Below, in pieces: positions 19,918-30,967 of a stretch of DNA of 64,000 nt. This DNA is from an uncultured Muribaculaceae bacterium (GTDB lineage: Bacteria; Bacteroidota; Bacteroidia; Bacteroidales; UBA932), in the NCBI GenBank assembly GCA_964367735.1, contig CAYIYT010000002.1, forward strand, positions 4,958 through 68,957, written 5' to 3'. The notes beneath the pieces are model-generated. The model worked only from the letters and a program-made list of their open reading frames with translations. It had not been told where the DNA came from and searched no databases. Made by a program: the position numbers and the translations under genes. Numbering within the stretch: position 1 is the stretch's first letter; each line of letters begins with the position of its first letter.

Positions 19918-22128
19918 TTACAATATGCTATAAGCTACAGTGAGCCCTGCCATTACAATTGAGACCATACTCATAAGTTTAATTAGAATATTTAGTGAAG
20001 GGCCTGAAGTATCCTTAAATGGATCTCCAACAGTGTCTCCCACCACATTGGCTTTATGCACTTCAGATCCTTTACCTCCAAAATTACCATCTTCTACATA
20101 TTTTTTTGCATTATCCCAAGCTCCACCTGCATTTGCCATAAAAATGGCCAACACAAATCCCGAACCTAAACCACCAATAAGAAGACCCATTACCCCTGCA
20201 ACACCAAATATAACTCCAGTAACAATAGGTACAGCTATTGCCAATAAAGAAGGGAAAAGCATTTCGCGCTGTGCACCACGAGTAGATATCTCTACACATC
20301 TTGCATAGTCTGGTTTGCCAGTACCATCCATAATTCCTACAATCTCTCGAAATTGTCTTCTTACTTCTTCTACCATTTGCTCGGCTGCTCGGCCCACAGC
20401 ATTCATTGTAAGGCCACAAAAGACAAAAGAGATAACAGAGCCTAGAAATACACCAGCTAAAACTTTTGGATTCATTAAATTTACTTGATAATACTCCATA
20501 AAATCTGGGATTGTAGCCTCGGTAACATTAACTATCCTACCGGCAACATCAATAGTGTGTTGGCCAATATGAGCAAGACTTATCTTTATCTCTTCTATAT
20601 ACGATGCGAGAAGAGCAAGGGCAGTAAGAGCAGCTGAACCAATTGCAAAACCTTTGCCTGTTGCAGCTGTAGTATTTCCCAATGCATCTAATACATCTGT
20701 TCTTTCTCTAACTTCGGGCTCCAAATTACTCATTTGAGCGTTTCCTCCAGCATTGTCTGCAATTGGGCCATATGCATCGGTAGCAAGTGTTATTCCCAAT
20801 GTAGAGAGCATACCAACAGCAGCAATACCAATTCCATATAGACCAAGACTTAAATTATGAGCCGTTGTCATACTTGCCACATCAAAATTTATTGCAAACA
20901 TAAAAGAGAACATAATTGCGGCAGCAATAGTAATTACAGGAATAGCCGTAGAGATCATTCCTGTTCCTATTCCAGTGATAATTACTGTTGCAGGGCCAGT
21001 TTTTCCGCTTTCCGCAATACGTCTAGTAGGTTTAAATGAGTGAGAAGTGTAATACTCTGTAGATTGGCCAATAATAATACCTGCAACAAGGCCAGTAACC
21101 ACAGAAAAAGAGATACCAAGCCAGTTTTCTATCTGCAAAACATATAGAATACCAAAAGTAGATATTGCAATTAAAATAGAGCTAAAGTGCACTCCTCTTC
21201 CCAAAGATCTTAATAACTCTTTCATGCCTGCATTCTCATTGGTTCTTACCATAAAGATCCCAATAATAGAGAGTAATATACCAATTGCAGCAATTAACAT
21301 AGGTGCAAAAATTGCCTTAGATTGCATAGCCGGGTCTATATAGAATGCCGAGGCACCCAAAGCTGCAGTAGCAAGTATAGAACCACAATAAGATTCATAA
21401 AGATCGGCACCCATACCTGCTACATCACCAACGTTATCACCAACATTGTCTGCAATTGTAGCTGGGTTACGCGGGTCATCTTCTGGGATATTTGCCTCTA
21501 CTTTACCAACAAGATCGGCGCCAACGTCTGCCGCTTTAGTAAAAATTCCTCCACCAACTCTTGCAAACAGAGCTTGAGTGGAAGCTCCCATTCCAAAAGT
21601 AAGCATAGTTGTGGTAATAATAACCATTCTTTGAGAGTCCGAAATGCTTTCTATAAAATAATTAAGAATTAAGTACCAAATTGAAATATCTAATAAGCCC
21701 AGACCAACCACAGTAAGCCCCATAACTGCTCCAGAACGGAAAGCTAGCTGCAAACCACTATTTAGAGAACGTCTTGCGGCATTAGCTGTCCTTGCAGAGG
21801 CATATGTTGCAGTTTTCATTCCAATAAAGCCAGCAAGGGCAGAGAAAAAACCACCCGTTATAAAAGCTCCTGGCACCCATGGGTTCTGAACTCCAAAACC
21901 ATAAGCTAAAACAGCAAAAAAGAGGCTAAGGACTAAAAAAACAATTATAACTATTTTATATTGCTGTTTAAGATAGGCCATTGCGCCTTTTCGTACATGA
22001 GATGCTATCTCTTTCATTAAATCTGTCCCTTCGCTCTCTTTCATCATTTCTTTATAGAAATAACCTGCAAAAGCAAGTGCTATAATAGAAGCCAATGGGA
22101 CGATGTAAAATAATAACTGAGTCTCCAT
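19918..22128 (-). CDS. hppA: Membrane-integral K+-dependent pyrophosphatase (probable Na+,H+-PPase)
   Basis: GGIFTKAADVGADLVGKVE, DNVGDNVGD, GNTTAA (Ala, K+-dependent type), GDTVGDPFKDTSGP. Confidence 0.96.
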   Translation of the reverse strand: METQLLFYIVPLASIIALAFAGYFYKEMMKESEGTDLMKEIASHVRKGAMAYLKQQYKIVIIVFLVLSLFFAVLAYGFGVQNPWVPGAFITGGFFSALAGFIGMKTATYASARTANAARRSLNSGLQLAFRSGAVMGLTVVGLGLLDISIWYLILNYFIESISDSQRMVIITTTMLTFGMGASTQALFARVGGGIFTKAADVGADLVGKVEANIPEDDPRNPATIADNVGDNVGDVAGMGADLYESYCGSILATAALGASAFYIDPAMQSKAIFAPMLIAAIGILLSIIGIFMVRTNENAGMKELLRSLGRGVHFSSILIAISTFGILYVLQIENWLGISFSVVTGLVAGIIIGQSTEYYTSHSFKPTRRIAESGKTGPATVIITGIGTGMISTAIPVITIAAAIMFSFMFAINFDVASMTTAHNLSLGLYGIGIAAVGMLSTLGITLATDAYGPIADNAGGNAQMSNLEPEVRERTDVLDALGNTTAATGKGFAIGSAALTALALLASYIEEIKISLAHIGQHTIDVAGRIVNVTEATIPDFMEYYQVNLMNPKVLAGVFLGSVISFVFCGLTMNAVGRAAEQMVEEVRRQFREIVGIMDGTGKPDYARCVEISTRGAQREMLFPSLLAIAVPIVTGVIFGVAGVMGLLIGGLGSGFVLAIFMANAGGAWDNAKKYVEDGNFGGKGSEVHKANVVGDTVGDPFKDTSGPSLNILIKLMSMVSIVMAGLTVAYSIL

Positions 22129-22164
22129 AATTTATTGTCTTTTAATTAAGTGTAGATATTAGGT

Positions 22165-23010
22165 TTAGATATTAATTTTTATAAAATAGTCGTCGGGAAT
22201 TTCAGAGACAATACTCTTAGCTAAAGATTTTAAAACACTGTTTTCTCCAGACGAAAAGAATTGAGTATTACAATAACATGCTTTATACAGATTTACACCC
22301 AAAATATTCTCTCTAGTATCTATATCAATTAGATTATTCTCTTTCGCAATTTTGTAAAGTTGTCTTGCCACGGCAGGAGCAGGATCTATAATTGTGACAT
22401 TTTCTCCTACTATTTTCTCTATTGATTTTTTCAAAAAAGGATAATGAGTGCATCCAAGAACAATGTAGTCGGCATTTTTTTTAATCATATATCCTATATA
22501 TTTTTTGAGCAACTGTTGTACAGCTTCACCCTCTAAATTACCTGATTCTACAAGTGGAACAAGCCCTTTACCAACAATCTCTACAACGTCTACATTAGAG
22601 GCAAAGGTGTGGAGTGTATTATTGTAGAGCGAACCTCCTAAAGTACCCTTTGTAGCTAAAACTCCAATAACACCCGTTTTAGTAAGTGCAGCAGCTGGTT
22701 TTACAGCTGGTTCCATACCTACAAATGGAATTGGGAACTCTTTTCTTAATGAATTGATGGCAGCTGCTGTTGCAGTATTACATGCTATTACAATAATTTT
22801 AGCTCCCTTTTGAATAAGGAATTCAGAGATAACTCTAGATCTTTCAATTATTTCTTGTTCAGGCCTTGGGCCATAGGGAGAATAGGCATTGTCTGAGAAA
22901 TATAAAAACTGGTGACCTGGCAATATTTTTATAACCTCTTTCCAAACAGAGAGGCCTCCTACACCGGAATCGAATATTCCAATAGGTATGTTTTGTGAAG
23001 GTTTAAACAT
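22165..23010 (-). CDS. murI: Glutamate racemase
   Basis: FDSGVGGLSV, ACNTAT, LGCTHYP. Confidence 0.97.
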   Translation of the reverse strand: MFKPSQNIPIGIFDSGVGGLSVWKEVIKILPGHQFLYFSDNAYSPYGPRPEQEIIERSRVISEFLIQKGAKIIVIACNTATAAAINSLRKEFPIPFVGMEPAVKPAAALTKTGVIGVLATKGTLGGSLYNNTLHTFASNVDVVEIVGKGLVPLVESGNLEGEAVQQLLKKYIGYMIKKNADYIVLGCTHYPFLKKSIEKIVGENVTIIDPAPAVARQLYKIAKENNLIDIDTRENILGVNLYKACYCNTQFFSSGENSVLKSLAKSIVSEIPDDYFIKINI

Positions 23011-23040
23011 AAAAAAAGTCGCTTCGGGTGAGAAGCGACT
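23011..23040 (-). terminator. Intrinsic terminator-like hairpin between skp and murI
   Basis: Minus strand AGTCGCTTC-tcaccc-GAAGCGACT followed by a T tract that abuts the murI ATG. Confidence 0.75.
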
Positions 23041-23060
23041 GTAAAGTTATAAAAAAAATG

Positions 23061-23618
23061 TTACAGGTTAGGCTGTTCATTCATTTGTTTTGGTTTTTTA
23101 TCGGCAGGAATATTCATTGCAGATCTTACCAGTGGCAATAGGTCTACACTCATTTCTGAATTGATATAAGGAATAGACCCCGAAGAGGTATCAAATACAT
23201 ATATCATTCCTTTCTCCTTTCCCACTTGTTGAATTACATCATTTGCTCTCTTAAATACAGGAGCGAAAAGAGCCTGTTGTAGTTGCTGGTACTCTTGAGA
23301 AGCTGTTTGTTGAAACTGCTGAATACGAGCGTCCATCTCTTGAAGCTCTTTAGTTTTGCTCTCTAATACTGCAGCAATCCAAGTTGCTTGTTTTTGATTG
23401 TACTCATTATATTTAATCTTAAACTCCGATTGAATAGCTTGAAGTTCGGTTTCAAGTTCATTTGCATGAGCTTCTAGCTTAGCTAAAGCGCTGTCTCTTT
23501 CGGGCATTACGGCAATAAGTTCCTGAGAATTTATATGTCCAAATTTAAGATTTTGAGCAACACCCGTAGATGACGCCAATACAAAAAGAATTAATAGAAT
23601 TTTTGATAAATGTTTCAT
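23061..23618 (-). CDS. skp: OmpH/Skp periplasmic chaperone
   Basis: Signal peptide, KFGHINSQEL..MPE, coiled coil, YVFD; bamA operon position. Confidence 0.92.
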   Translation of the reverse strand: MKHLSKILLILFVLASSTGVAQNLKFGHINSQELIAVMPERDSALAKLEAHANELETELQAIQSEFKIKYNEYNQKQATWIAAVLESKTKELQEMDARIQQFQQTASQEYQQLQQALFAPVFKRANDVIQQVGKEKGMIYVFDTSSGSIPYINSEMSVDLLPLVRSAMNIPADKKPKQMNEQPNL

Positions 23619-23645
23619 ATAGATATATTATTATTTGTTTTAAAA

Positions 23646-24155
23646 TTAAAGTCCTAGTTTTTTAAGAACTATTGGCGTAAGGTCTGCTTTAGGGTCTTTA
23701 TATATGACTCCCTGTAAAGAAGCTAGATCTAGAACAATTAAGCATCCCCTTTCTTTTGCAACTTGGTCTACAGCTTTTTGAACAACATTCATGATAGGCT
23801 CCATTAGTTCTTTTGATTTTGTAGCCATAACTCCATCTTGACCAAAGATCTCTTGTTGTTTCTCTTTAACTGCTCTCTCTTTAGTAATTATCTCCTTCTC
23901 CTTTGCTTGCCTTTCTATCTCATTTAAAATAGATTTTTGACTCTGATATCTAGAATAAAGGTTCTCAACTAACTTAACTTCATTTTGCAACTGAAGTTCA
24001 TACTGGTTTTTTAATCTATCTAGTTGTTCTTGAACTTGAACATACTCAGGAATTCCAGCTAAAATTGTTTCTGTATTTACATAGCCTGTTGTTTGTCCAG
24101 CGGCAGCTATCGACATTGAAAGCATTATAACCGCAATTATTGCTATTTTTTTCAT
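23646..24155 (-). CDS. skp: OmpH/Skp periplasmic chaperone
   Basis: GYVNTETIL..IPEY, IFGQDG, DLT..VLKKLG; directly after bamA. Confidence 0.92.
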   Translation of the reverse strand: MKKIAIIAVIMLSMSIAAAGQTTGYVNTETILAGIPEYVQVQEQLDRLKNQYELQLQNEVKLVENLYSRYQSQKSILNEIERQAKEKEIITKERAVKEKQQEIFGQDGVMATKSKELMEPIMNVVQKAVDQVAKERGCLIVLDLASLQGVIYKDPKADLTPIVLKKLGL

Positions 24156-24174
24156 AACCGATATAGTTTATAAT

Positions 24175-26691
24175 TTAAAACTGTTGTCCAATTAAAAAGT
24201 GGAAATTACCTCCGCCTTTAGTACCATCGGCAGAATAGTCGAATCCGTAACCCCAGTCAATTCCCAACATTCCAACAATTGGAAGCAATACTCTCACACC
24301 AAATCCTGCCGATCTTTTAATTGAGAAAGGGTTAAAGTCACGAATATCGGACCAACTATTACCTCCCTCAAGAAATACAAGGGCATAAATTGTAGATTGA
24401 GGTTGAAGTACCAAAGGGTATCTTAGTTCCAATGTAAATTTATCGTATACATTTCCTGCATAACTATTATTCTTACGAGGAGTGAGTGAATTATTTGGAT
24501 AACCTCTAAGGCCTATAGTTTCTGAGCCATATGTATTATAACCAGACATACCGTCTCCACCTAGTATAAAGCCTTCGAAAGGTGAATATCCCAAATCTCT
24601 ATTGAATAATCCAAGATACCCAAAGTTCACTCTAGTCATTAACACTAAGTCTCCAGCTATTTTATTAAAGGTAGTCCCTTTAAAAGTCCATTTATGATAC
24701 TCTATCCATTTGTATCTTTCTGAATCGGGCATGCCTTTGTAGTCTGTATCTGCCGATCTAAATAGAGAGTATGGAGGAGTTATTTGAAGTCCCACTTGGA
24801 AGTCACTTCCAGTTCTAGGATAAATAGGTTGATCCGTTGAATTTCTTTGCAGTCTAATCTTCCAGCTTATATTGTTAGAGATTCCATCTTTAAATATGAA
24901 GTAATAATCCCAATCTGTGAGCTTATAAGTTTGTGCACTTAATTCATTATACAATATAAATTGATTATCGGGCCACTTTAGTCTTGTTCCTATACCTGCA
25001 GATAGGCCATATACCTCCATACTTTGACCAGAATTTTGGTAAAAATAGTAAGAGTTGGTTTGTCTTGTGTAGTATGAAGAGAGGGAGAATGAAGTGGGTT
25101 TGTTTCCAAACAACCAAGGCTCTGTAAAACTAGCAGAAATTGCAGTATAATAGGTTCCGTTGGTTTGAAACCTAATTGAGAGTTGTTGCCCATCTCCAAG
25201 TGGAACTGGCCTCCAAGCTTTCTTTTCAAAAACTTTACTTAGTGAGAAGTTGTTGAAACTTATACCTAATGTACCCACAAAAGTATTACCGCCCCAACCT
25301 CCTGCGATTTCGAATTGACTATTAGATTTTTCTTCTACATTATATGTTACATCTACTGTATTTGCATTTTCGTTTGGAATAATGCTGTAACCAGTAGGAG
25401 ACATTAGTTTTTCAGGATCGAAATGCCCCATAGAAGAGAGTTCTCTTAATGATCTCTCAAGAAATGTTTGACTAAATAGATATCCAGGACGAGTATAGAG
25501 TTCCCTTCTTGCTATTTTTTCGTTAGTTATATTATTTCCATTTATTACAATTTTATTAAATATTGCCGGTTTCCCTTCGAACATTCTCATCTCTACATCT
25601 ACAGAGTCTCCTTCAATAGTTTTTTCTACAGGAAGAACTCTAAAGAAAAGATAGCCTTGATCACGGTACATTTTAGAAATATTTCCATCTTCTGAATCGA
25701 ACAATCTTTTTTCCATAGAGACCACATCATAGATATCTCCGGAACCTATTCTAAGAACACTATTCAATTGCTCCTCGGCATATAGAGAGTTGCCTGTCCA
25801 TGTAATGTCCCTGAAGAAATATTTCTTCCCCTCGTCAATTTCAAAGTCAATAGCAAGCCTGCCATCTTCTATATAGTACATCGAGTCTTTAATAATTTTG
25901 GCATCTCGATAACCCTTTTCACTATATTTTTGTATCAGAAGCTTTTTATCATTTTCATACTCCTTTTGATTGAATTTTTTACTACTAAAAAAATTCATAA
26001 TTCGCATGTCCTTAGTCTTCTTCATTGCCGAGGCAAGTTTAGAGCCTTTAAGGTTGTCATTGCCTGAGAAGTTTATCTTTTTAATCTTTACCTTAGTTTT
26101 GCGGTTTACATCAAAAGTAACCTTTACAGTATTGGTAAATAGAGAGTCGTCTTCTTGCTTAACAGAGATCTCAGTTTGTAGAAACCCCTTTTCTACATAG
26201 TACTTTCTTATAATTTCTGAAGAAGAAGATATTACATAGTCCGAAAACTCCCCTCCTCGTCTAAGCTTAAGCCTCTCGTCAAGATCTGATTTCTCTCCGC
26301 TTCTTACGCCATTAAACTCCCATCTAGAAACACGAGGTCTCTCTTGAAGATAAAGATTAAGGTAGACAGTATCTTTTACCAAAGAGTCAATGTAAAAGGC
26401 AACATCAGAGAAAAAGCGCTGTACCCATATCCTTTTAACTATTCCTGAAAGATCATCTCCGGGGATAGTAATTTGATCTCCAACAGAAAGCCCAGTAAGG
26501 GATATCATTTGATCTTCTCCTAGATATTTTACTCCAGTTACAGAAATACCCCCTATAGTGTAAGGTTTAGGGTTATTGTAATCTACTACAGTATTTCTAG
26601 TTAATGTTGTATCGTGTGTTGTATTTTGCGCCGTGGCTATCCCAAAGGAAGACAAAACGAATACTAAAATAATCAGCGGTAATGATTTCAT
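24175..26691 (-). CDS. bamA: Outer membrane protein assembly factor BamA
   Basis: POTRA repeats, IGLRGY motif, C-terminal HFLIGQQF; start at MKSLPL (signal peptide) preferred. Confidence 0.96.
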   Translation of the reverse strand: MKSLPLIILVFVLSSFGIATAQNTTHDTTLTRNTVVDYNNPKPYTIGGISVTGVKYLGEDQMISLTGLSVGDQITIPGDDLSGIVKRIWVQRFFSDVAFYIDSLVKDTVYLNLYLQERPRVSRWEFNGVRSGEKSDLDERLKLRRGGEFSDYVISSSSEIIRKYYVEKGFLQTEISVKQEDDSLFTNTVKVTFDVNRKTKVKIKKINFSGNDNLKGSKLASAMKKTKDMRIMNFFSSKKFNQKEYENDKKLLIQKYSEKGYRDAKIIKDSMYYIEDGRLAIDFEIDEGKKYFFRDITWTGNSLYAEEQLNSVLRIGSGDIYDVVSMEKRLFDSEDGNISKMYRDQGYLFFRVLPVEKTIEGDSVDVEMRMFEGKPAIFNKIVINGNNITNEKIARRELYTRPGYLFSQTFLERSLRELSSMGHFDPEKLMSPTGYSIIPNENANTVDVTYNVEEKSNSQFEIAGGWGGNTFVGTLGISFNNFSLSKVFEKKAWRPVPLGDGQQLSIRFQTNGTYYTAISASFTEPWLFGNKPTSFSLSSYYTRQTNSYYFYQNSGQSMEVYGLSAGIGTRLKWPDNQFILYNELSAQTYKLTDWDYYFIFKDGISNNISWKIRLQRNSTDQPIYPRTGSDFQVGLQITPPYSLFRSADTDYKGMPDSERYKWIEYHKWTFKGTTFNKIAGDLVLMTRVNFGYLGLFNRDLGYSPFEGFILGGDGMSGYNTYGSETIGLRGYPNNSLTPRKNNSYAGNVYDKFTLELRYPLVLQPQSTIYALVFLEGGNSWSDIRDFNPFSIKRSAGFGVRVLLPIVGMLGIDWGYGFDYSADGTKGGGNFHFLIGQQF

Positions 26692-26715
26692 GTGCACTTT
26701 AAGACTGTAAAACTG

Positions 26716-26723
26716 CAAAGATA
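26716..26723 (-). promoter_or_regulatory. Internal -7 box upstream of bamA
   Basis: TATCTTTG(C) on the minus strand. Confidence 0.6.
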
Positions 26724-26749
26724 AATTTTTATTTGTATCCAATGTCTCT

Positions 26750-27484
26750 TTATTTGATTTTATTAATCTGATCTCCTGTCTTACCATACCGTCTTTCTCT
26801 TTCGGAGTAGATATCAAGTGCTAGTTTGAAGTCATTTTTGCGAAAATCGGGCCAAAGGACATCTGTAAAATAAAATTCTGTGTAGGCACACTGCCAAAGC
26901 ATATAATTACTTATCCTTTGCTCTCCACTTGTTCTTATTAATAAGTCGGGATCTGGTATACCCCAAGTACTTAGCAATGTATCAAAAAGTTCGGCCGAGA
27001 GAGGTTCGCTTGGTTTTAAATTCTTATTATTTTCTTTTTCCCTCTCTATATATTTGCATGCAGCTTGCATAATATCCCATTTACCACTATAACTCAAAAA
27101 GATAATCATAGTTAATCCTGAATTTTTGCAAGTGATATTTTCTAGCTCCCATATTTTATTAATAAGAGTATCCGAAAGACGAGTTTGGTCTCCAATTACA
27201 ATAAACTTTATGTTATTATCCATTAATGTCTTTCGCTCTCCAATAATAGCATCTATCATTAGTTCCATCAAACCAGTTATCTCATTTTGGGGACGAGTCC
27301 AGTTTTCTTCTGAAAAAGCGAAGAAACTCAAAAACTCTATCTTATTCTCGGCAGCAAACTCGGCAGCAGCTTTTACTGACGCTACTCCTGCTTTGTGTCC
27401 CTCCAATCTTTCAAGGCCTTTACGTTTAGCCCATCTTCCATTCCCATCCATAATGATGGAGACATGTTTTGGAATTTTTATCAT
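26750..27484 (-). CDS. uppS: Undecaprenyl diphosphate synthase
   Basis: IIMDGNGRWA, FSEENWTRP, DLLIRTSGEQRISNY. Confidence 0.97.
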   Translation of the reverse strand: MIKIPKHVSIIMDGNGRWAKRKGLERLEGHKAGVASVKAAAEFAAENKIEFLSFFAFSEENWTRPQNEITGLMELMIDAIIGERKTLMDNNIKFIVIGDQTRLSDTLINKIWELENITCKNSGLTMIIFLSYSGKWDIMQAACKYIEREKENNKNLKPSEPLSAELFDTLLSTWGIPDPDLLIRTSGEQRISNYMLWQCAYTEFYFTDVLWPDFRKNDFKLALDIYSERERRYGKTGDQINKIK

Positions 27485-27508
27485 TCTTTATAATTACTCT
27501 AATAATTT

Positions 27509-28390
27509 CTAATAATTTCGTTTATCGGCGCCCCACATGAGTTTCTCTCTTAAAGCACCAATAAAATTACCCCCATAAAAGGAGATATATCTGAGTTCAA
27601 ACTTAGCCATAGTGATAGTTACAATCTCTCCAGCAGGGATTGCAAAGGATCTATTGTCTAAGCTTACAATTGCTTCTCCTATTCTGGACTCTATATAAAT
27701 TTCTATAGTAGAGTCGTCCGACACAACAAGAGGTCTAACATTTAAATTATGAGGTGAAATTGGGGCCAAAATAAGCGCTTTTACCCCAGGGAGAGCTATG
27801 GGGCCTCCAACACTCAGTGAATATGCAGTAGAACCTGTAGGGCTAGCCAAAACTAATCCGTCTGACCAATATGGAGGCAGCTGCATTCCATTTATCTTAA
27901 CATGTACAGCAAGCATAAAAGGATCGTGCCTTTGAAAAGAGACTTCATTTAAAGCGTATTTACAAAATCCTTTAGGGATTGCATTAGATTCTATAGAGAG
28001 GACTCCTCTGTTTTCCACTTTATAATTACCTGAAAACAATCTATCTATCCACTCATCTCCCAAAACAGAATCTACGCTAGTTAAAAAACCCAGTCTCCCA
28101 AAGTTAATTCCCGCAACGGGAATGTTTTTATCTTTTATTATTGTAAGCGATTCCAAGAAGGTTCCATCTCCTCCAAAACAAAGAAAAATATCGGTCTCGG
28201 GAGAAAGATCGTTGTCGCAAGTAAACATTGTTCCATTAGGAATTTTTGCATTGTCGTACTCACTCATTATAGAATAAAAAGGAGAATAAAAAGAGAACTC
28301 TGCACCCCTGAAAGAGAGCTCTTTAAGTATATCGAAAAATCTCTCTTTCCATTTATCTCCAATTTCTCGTGCAAAAATTGCTATCTTCAT
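27509..28390 (-). CDS. nadK: NAD kinase
   Basis: [37 protein letters not shown]. Confidence 0.96.
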   Translation of the reverse strand: MKIAIFAREIGDKWKERFFDILKELSFRGAEFSFYSPFYSIMSEYDNAKIPNGTMFTCDNDLSPETDIFLCFGGDGTFLESLTIIKDKNIPVAGINFGRLGFLTSVDSVLGDEWIDRLFSGNYKVENRGVLSIESNAIPKGFCKYALNEVSFQRHDPFMLAVHVKINGMQLPPYWSDGLVLASPTGSTAYSLSVGGPIALPGVKALILAPISPHNLNVRPLVVSDDSTIEIYIESRIGEAIVSLDNRSFAIPAGEIVTITMAKFELRYISFYGGNFIGALREKLMWGADKRNY

Positions 28391-28425
28391 TTTACAAGTA
28401 AAGTGTATTTATCGTCAAAATTAAA

Positions 28426-28433
28426 TAAATTTG
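28426..28433 (+). promoter_or_regulatory. -7 box for pdxJ
   Basis: TAAATTTG(C) ending 8 nt before the ATG at 28442. Confidence 0.65.
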
Positions 28434-28441
28434 CAGCCATT

Positions 28442-29164
28442 ATGACAAAACTGAGCGTAAATATAAACAAATTTGCCACATTGCGTAATGCAAGAGGAGG
28501 CAATATGCCCGATGTGCTTTTAGCAGCAAAGGATTGCGAAAGATTCGGAGCACAAGGAATAACAGTACACCCTAGACCCGATGAAAGGCATATAAGGTAT
28601 CAAGATGTTAGAGAATTAAAGCCTATTCTTACAACAGAATTCAATATAGAGGGAAATCCCATAGATTCTTTTGTGAAGCTCGTTTTAGAGAATAGACCGG
28701 CTCAAGTAACACTTGTGCCCGATGCACACAACGCTATCACTTCTAATAGCGGTTGGGATACTAAAAAAAATAAAGTTTTCTTGAAAGAGATTTGCTCCAT
28801 ATTTAATGCCGAGGGAATCCGAACTTCTATTTTTTTAGATCCTAATATAGAAATGATAAAGCATGCTGCCGATATTGGTTGTCACAGGATAGAGCTATAT
28901 ACAGAAGATTATGCAGTAAAGTACTCCTTAGGTCAAAAAGAATTGGCTATTGAACCATATATTAAAGCAGCAGAAGTAGCAGCAGAGTTTGGCTTAGGAT
29001 TGAATGCAGGTCATGATTTAAGTTTAGAGAATCTTGAATATTTCAAGAAAAATATTCCAGAAATACTAGAGGTTTCTATAGGCCATGCCCTAATATGCGA
29101 CGCAATATATCTTGGTCTTGAAAATACCATTCAGTCCTATCTTAGGCAGTTAAAAATTTATTAA
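28442..29164 (+). CDS. pdxJ: Pyridoxine 5'-phosphate synthase
   Basis: [42 protein letters not shown]. Confidence 0.97.
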   Translation: MTKLSVNINKFATLRNARGGNMPDVLLAAKDCERFGAQGITVHPRPDERHIRYQDVRELKPILTTEFNIEGNPIDSFVKLVLENRPAQVTLVPDAHNAITSNSGWDTKKNKVFLKEICSIFNAEGIRTSIFLDPNIEMIKHAADIGCHRIELYTEDYAVKYSLGQKELAIEPYIKAAEVAAEFGLGLNAGHDLSLENLEYFKKNIPEILEVSIGHALICDAIYLGLENTIQSYLRQLKIY

Positions 29165-29195
29165 TTATATTTGTTTTTTAATTTAAAATCAAAAG

Positions 29196-29801
29196 ATGAA
29201 AAAAGCATCAATTATCACAAATGTCATTCTTGGAGCAGCTATAATAGTGCTGTTTGTTTTACATTTCACCTCTAAACCCGGTGCAAGCAATACTAATGAA
29301 ATGCCTGCAGGAGACACTTCTTTGTCCGGAGGTATTGTATATGTTCAAATAGACTCTCTAATCAATCATTATGACATGTTTAATGACCTTAGGTCTGAAT
29401 TTGAAAGCAAAGCACAAACTATTCAGAGTGATCTTAATAAAAGAGGACGTACTTTAGAAAACGATGTGAAAGATTTTCAAACAAAAGTTCAAAAGGGACT
29501 TATAACTCGCTCACAGGCCGAGGCTCAACAGCAGCAGTTAGCAATGAGGGAGCAAGAACTCCAAGGGTTTATAAGACAAAAACAAGAAGAGATGAGCGAA
29601 GAAGAGCAAGTTCTATACAGAAGAGTCTTTGATGCTCTACAATCGTACATTAATATAATGAACGAAGAAAAGCAGTACTCTCTTATACTTAGCACTAACG
29701 GTTCTTCAAACACAGTTCTTCAAGGAAACCAAGCACTTAACATTACATCTACTGTGGTTGCGGCCATGAATGATGAATATATTAAACAAAAATCTAAATA
29801 G
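29196..29801 (+). CDS. Membrane-anchored OmpH-like protein
   Basis: N-terminal hydrophobic anchor, IVYVQIDSL, Gln-rich coiled coil, NIT..VV..MN; own -7 box TATATTTG at 29166-29173. Confidence 0.85.
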   Translation: MKKASIITNVILGAAIIVLFVLHFTSKPGASNTNEMPAGDTSLSGGIVYVQIDSLINHYDMFNDLRSEFESKAQTIQSDLNKRGRTLENDVKDFQTKVQKGLITRSQAEAQQQQLAMREQELQGFIRQKQEEMSEEEQVLYRRVFDALQSYINIMNEEKQYSLILSTNGSSNTVLQGNQALNITSTVVAAMNDEYIKQKSK

Positions 29802-29816
29802 TAAAAACGGCATTGG

Positions 29817-30935
29817 GTGAAAATAGCAATACTATCATGTTTCTACCCTTACCGCGGAGGAATAGCCCAGTTCAATGCTAATTTATTTAGCGAACTGGGC
29901 TTGTCTCATACGGTAAAAGCGTTTAATTTTAAGCGACAATATCCCAATTTTCTTTTTCCAGGGAAAAGTCAATTTGTAACAGAAGAAGACAATGCTATAC
30001 AAATTGAAAGCGTCCCAATCTTGGATACTATCAATCCTATCTCCTACTATAAAACGGTGAAAGCAATTCGTGAATGGGAACCAGATTTACTCATTATGAG
30101 ATATTGGATGTCCTTTTTTGCACCATCTCAAGGTTTTGTAGGGAGACATCTATTTAAAAACACTAAAATCATCTCTATCTTAGACAATGTGGTGCCTCAC
30201 GAGAGAAGGTTTTTTGACACACCATTTACTAAGTATTTTTTAAAAGGCAACCATGGCTTTGTAGTGCTCTCTTCTTCGGTTGGAAAAGACCTTCTTAAGT
30301 TAAACCCTAACGCTCATTATACCACAATACCTCATCCTCTATATAACCATTTTGGAGAAAAATTGGATAGAGTATTTGCACAAAAACAGCTAGGATTAGA
30401 ACCTGGCAAAAAAAACTTACTCTTCTTTGGACTAATAAGAGAGTATAAAGGATTGGACATTCTAATTGATGCATTTTCCACTTTAGACGAAAGTTACCAG
30501 CTTATAATTGCAGGAGAACCATATGGCTCTTTTGAAACTTATCAAAACAAAATTGACAATTCACCCGCAAAAGATAGAATAAAAGTATTCACTCGATACA
30601 TAAGCGATGCCGAAGTTCCGTTTTTTTTCTCGGCAGCCCATGTTACTGTATTACCATATCGCACTGCAACGCAAAGCGGGATAAGCGCAATCTCTTTTCA
30701 CTTTAATGTTCCTCTTATAACTACCAATGTAGGGGGCTTAAAAGAGGCGGTTGGGCAATCGGGCACAGGAATTGTTGTTGACAAAGCACAAAGTGATTAT
30801 ATAGCAAACGGGATTAAACAATTTTTCGAAGATAATAATAGGAGTTTCTACATAGAAAATATAGAAAAAGAGAAGGAAGAGCTCTCTTGGAAAAAATTTA
30901 CAGAAAAATTAATAGAGTTTTATAAGACTCTATAA
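29817..30935 (+). CDS. Glycosyltransferase, GT4 family
   Basis: GTG start; [39 protein letters not shown]. Confidence 0.9.
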   Translation: MKIAILSCFYPYRGGIAQFNANLFSELGLSHTVKAFNFKRQYPNFLFPGKSQFVTEEDNAIQIESVPILDTINPISYYKTVKAIREWEPDLLIMRYWMSFFAPSQGFVGRHLFKNTKIISILDNVVPHERRFFDTPFTKYFLKGNHGFVVLSSSVGKDLLKLNPNAHYTTIPHPLYNHFGEKLDRVFAQKQLGLEPGKKNLLFFGLIREYKGLDILIDAFSTLDESYQLIIAGEPYGSFETYQNKIDNSPAKDRIKVFTRYISDAEVPFFFSAAHVTVLPYRTATQSGISAISFHFNVPLITTNVGGLKEAVGQSGTGIVVDKAQSDYIANGIKQFFEDNNRSFYIENIEKEKEELSWKKFTEKLIEFYKTL

Positions 30936-30967
30936 GAATACAGCATACAAAATTCAACATACAGACT

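Noticed and set aside
26692-26817. 42-aa N-terminal extension of BamA overlapping uppS
   Set aside because: The signal peptide starts at MKSLPL (26691) and a -7 box lies inside the supposed extension
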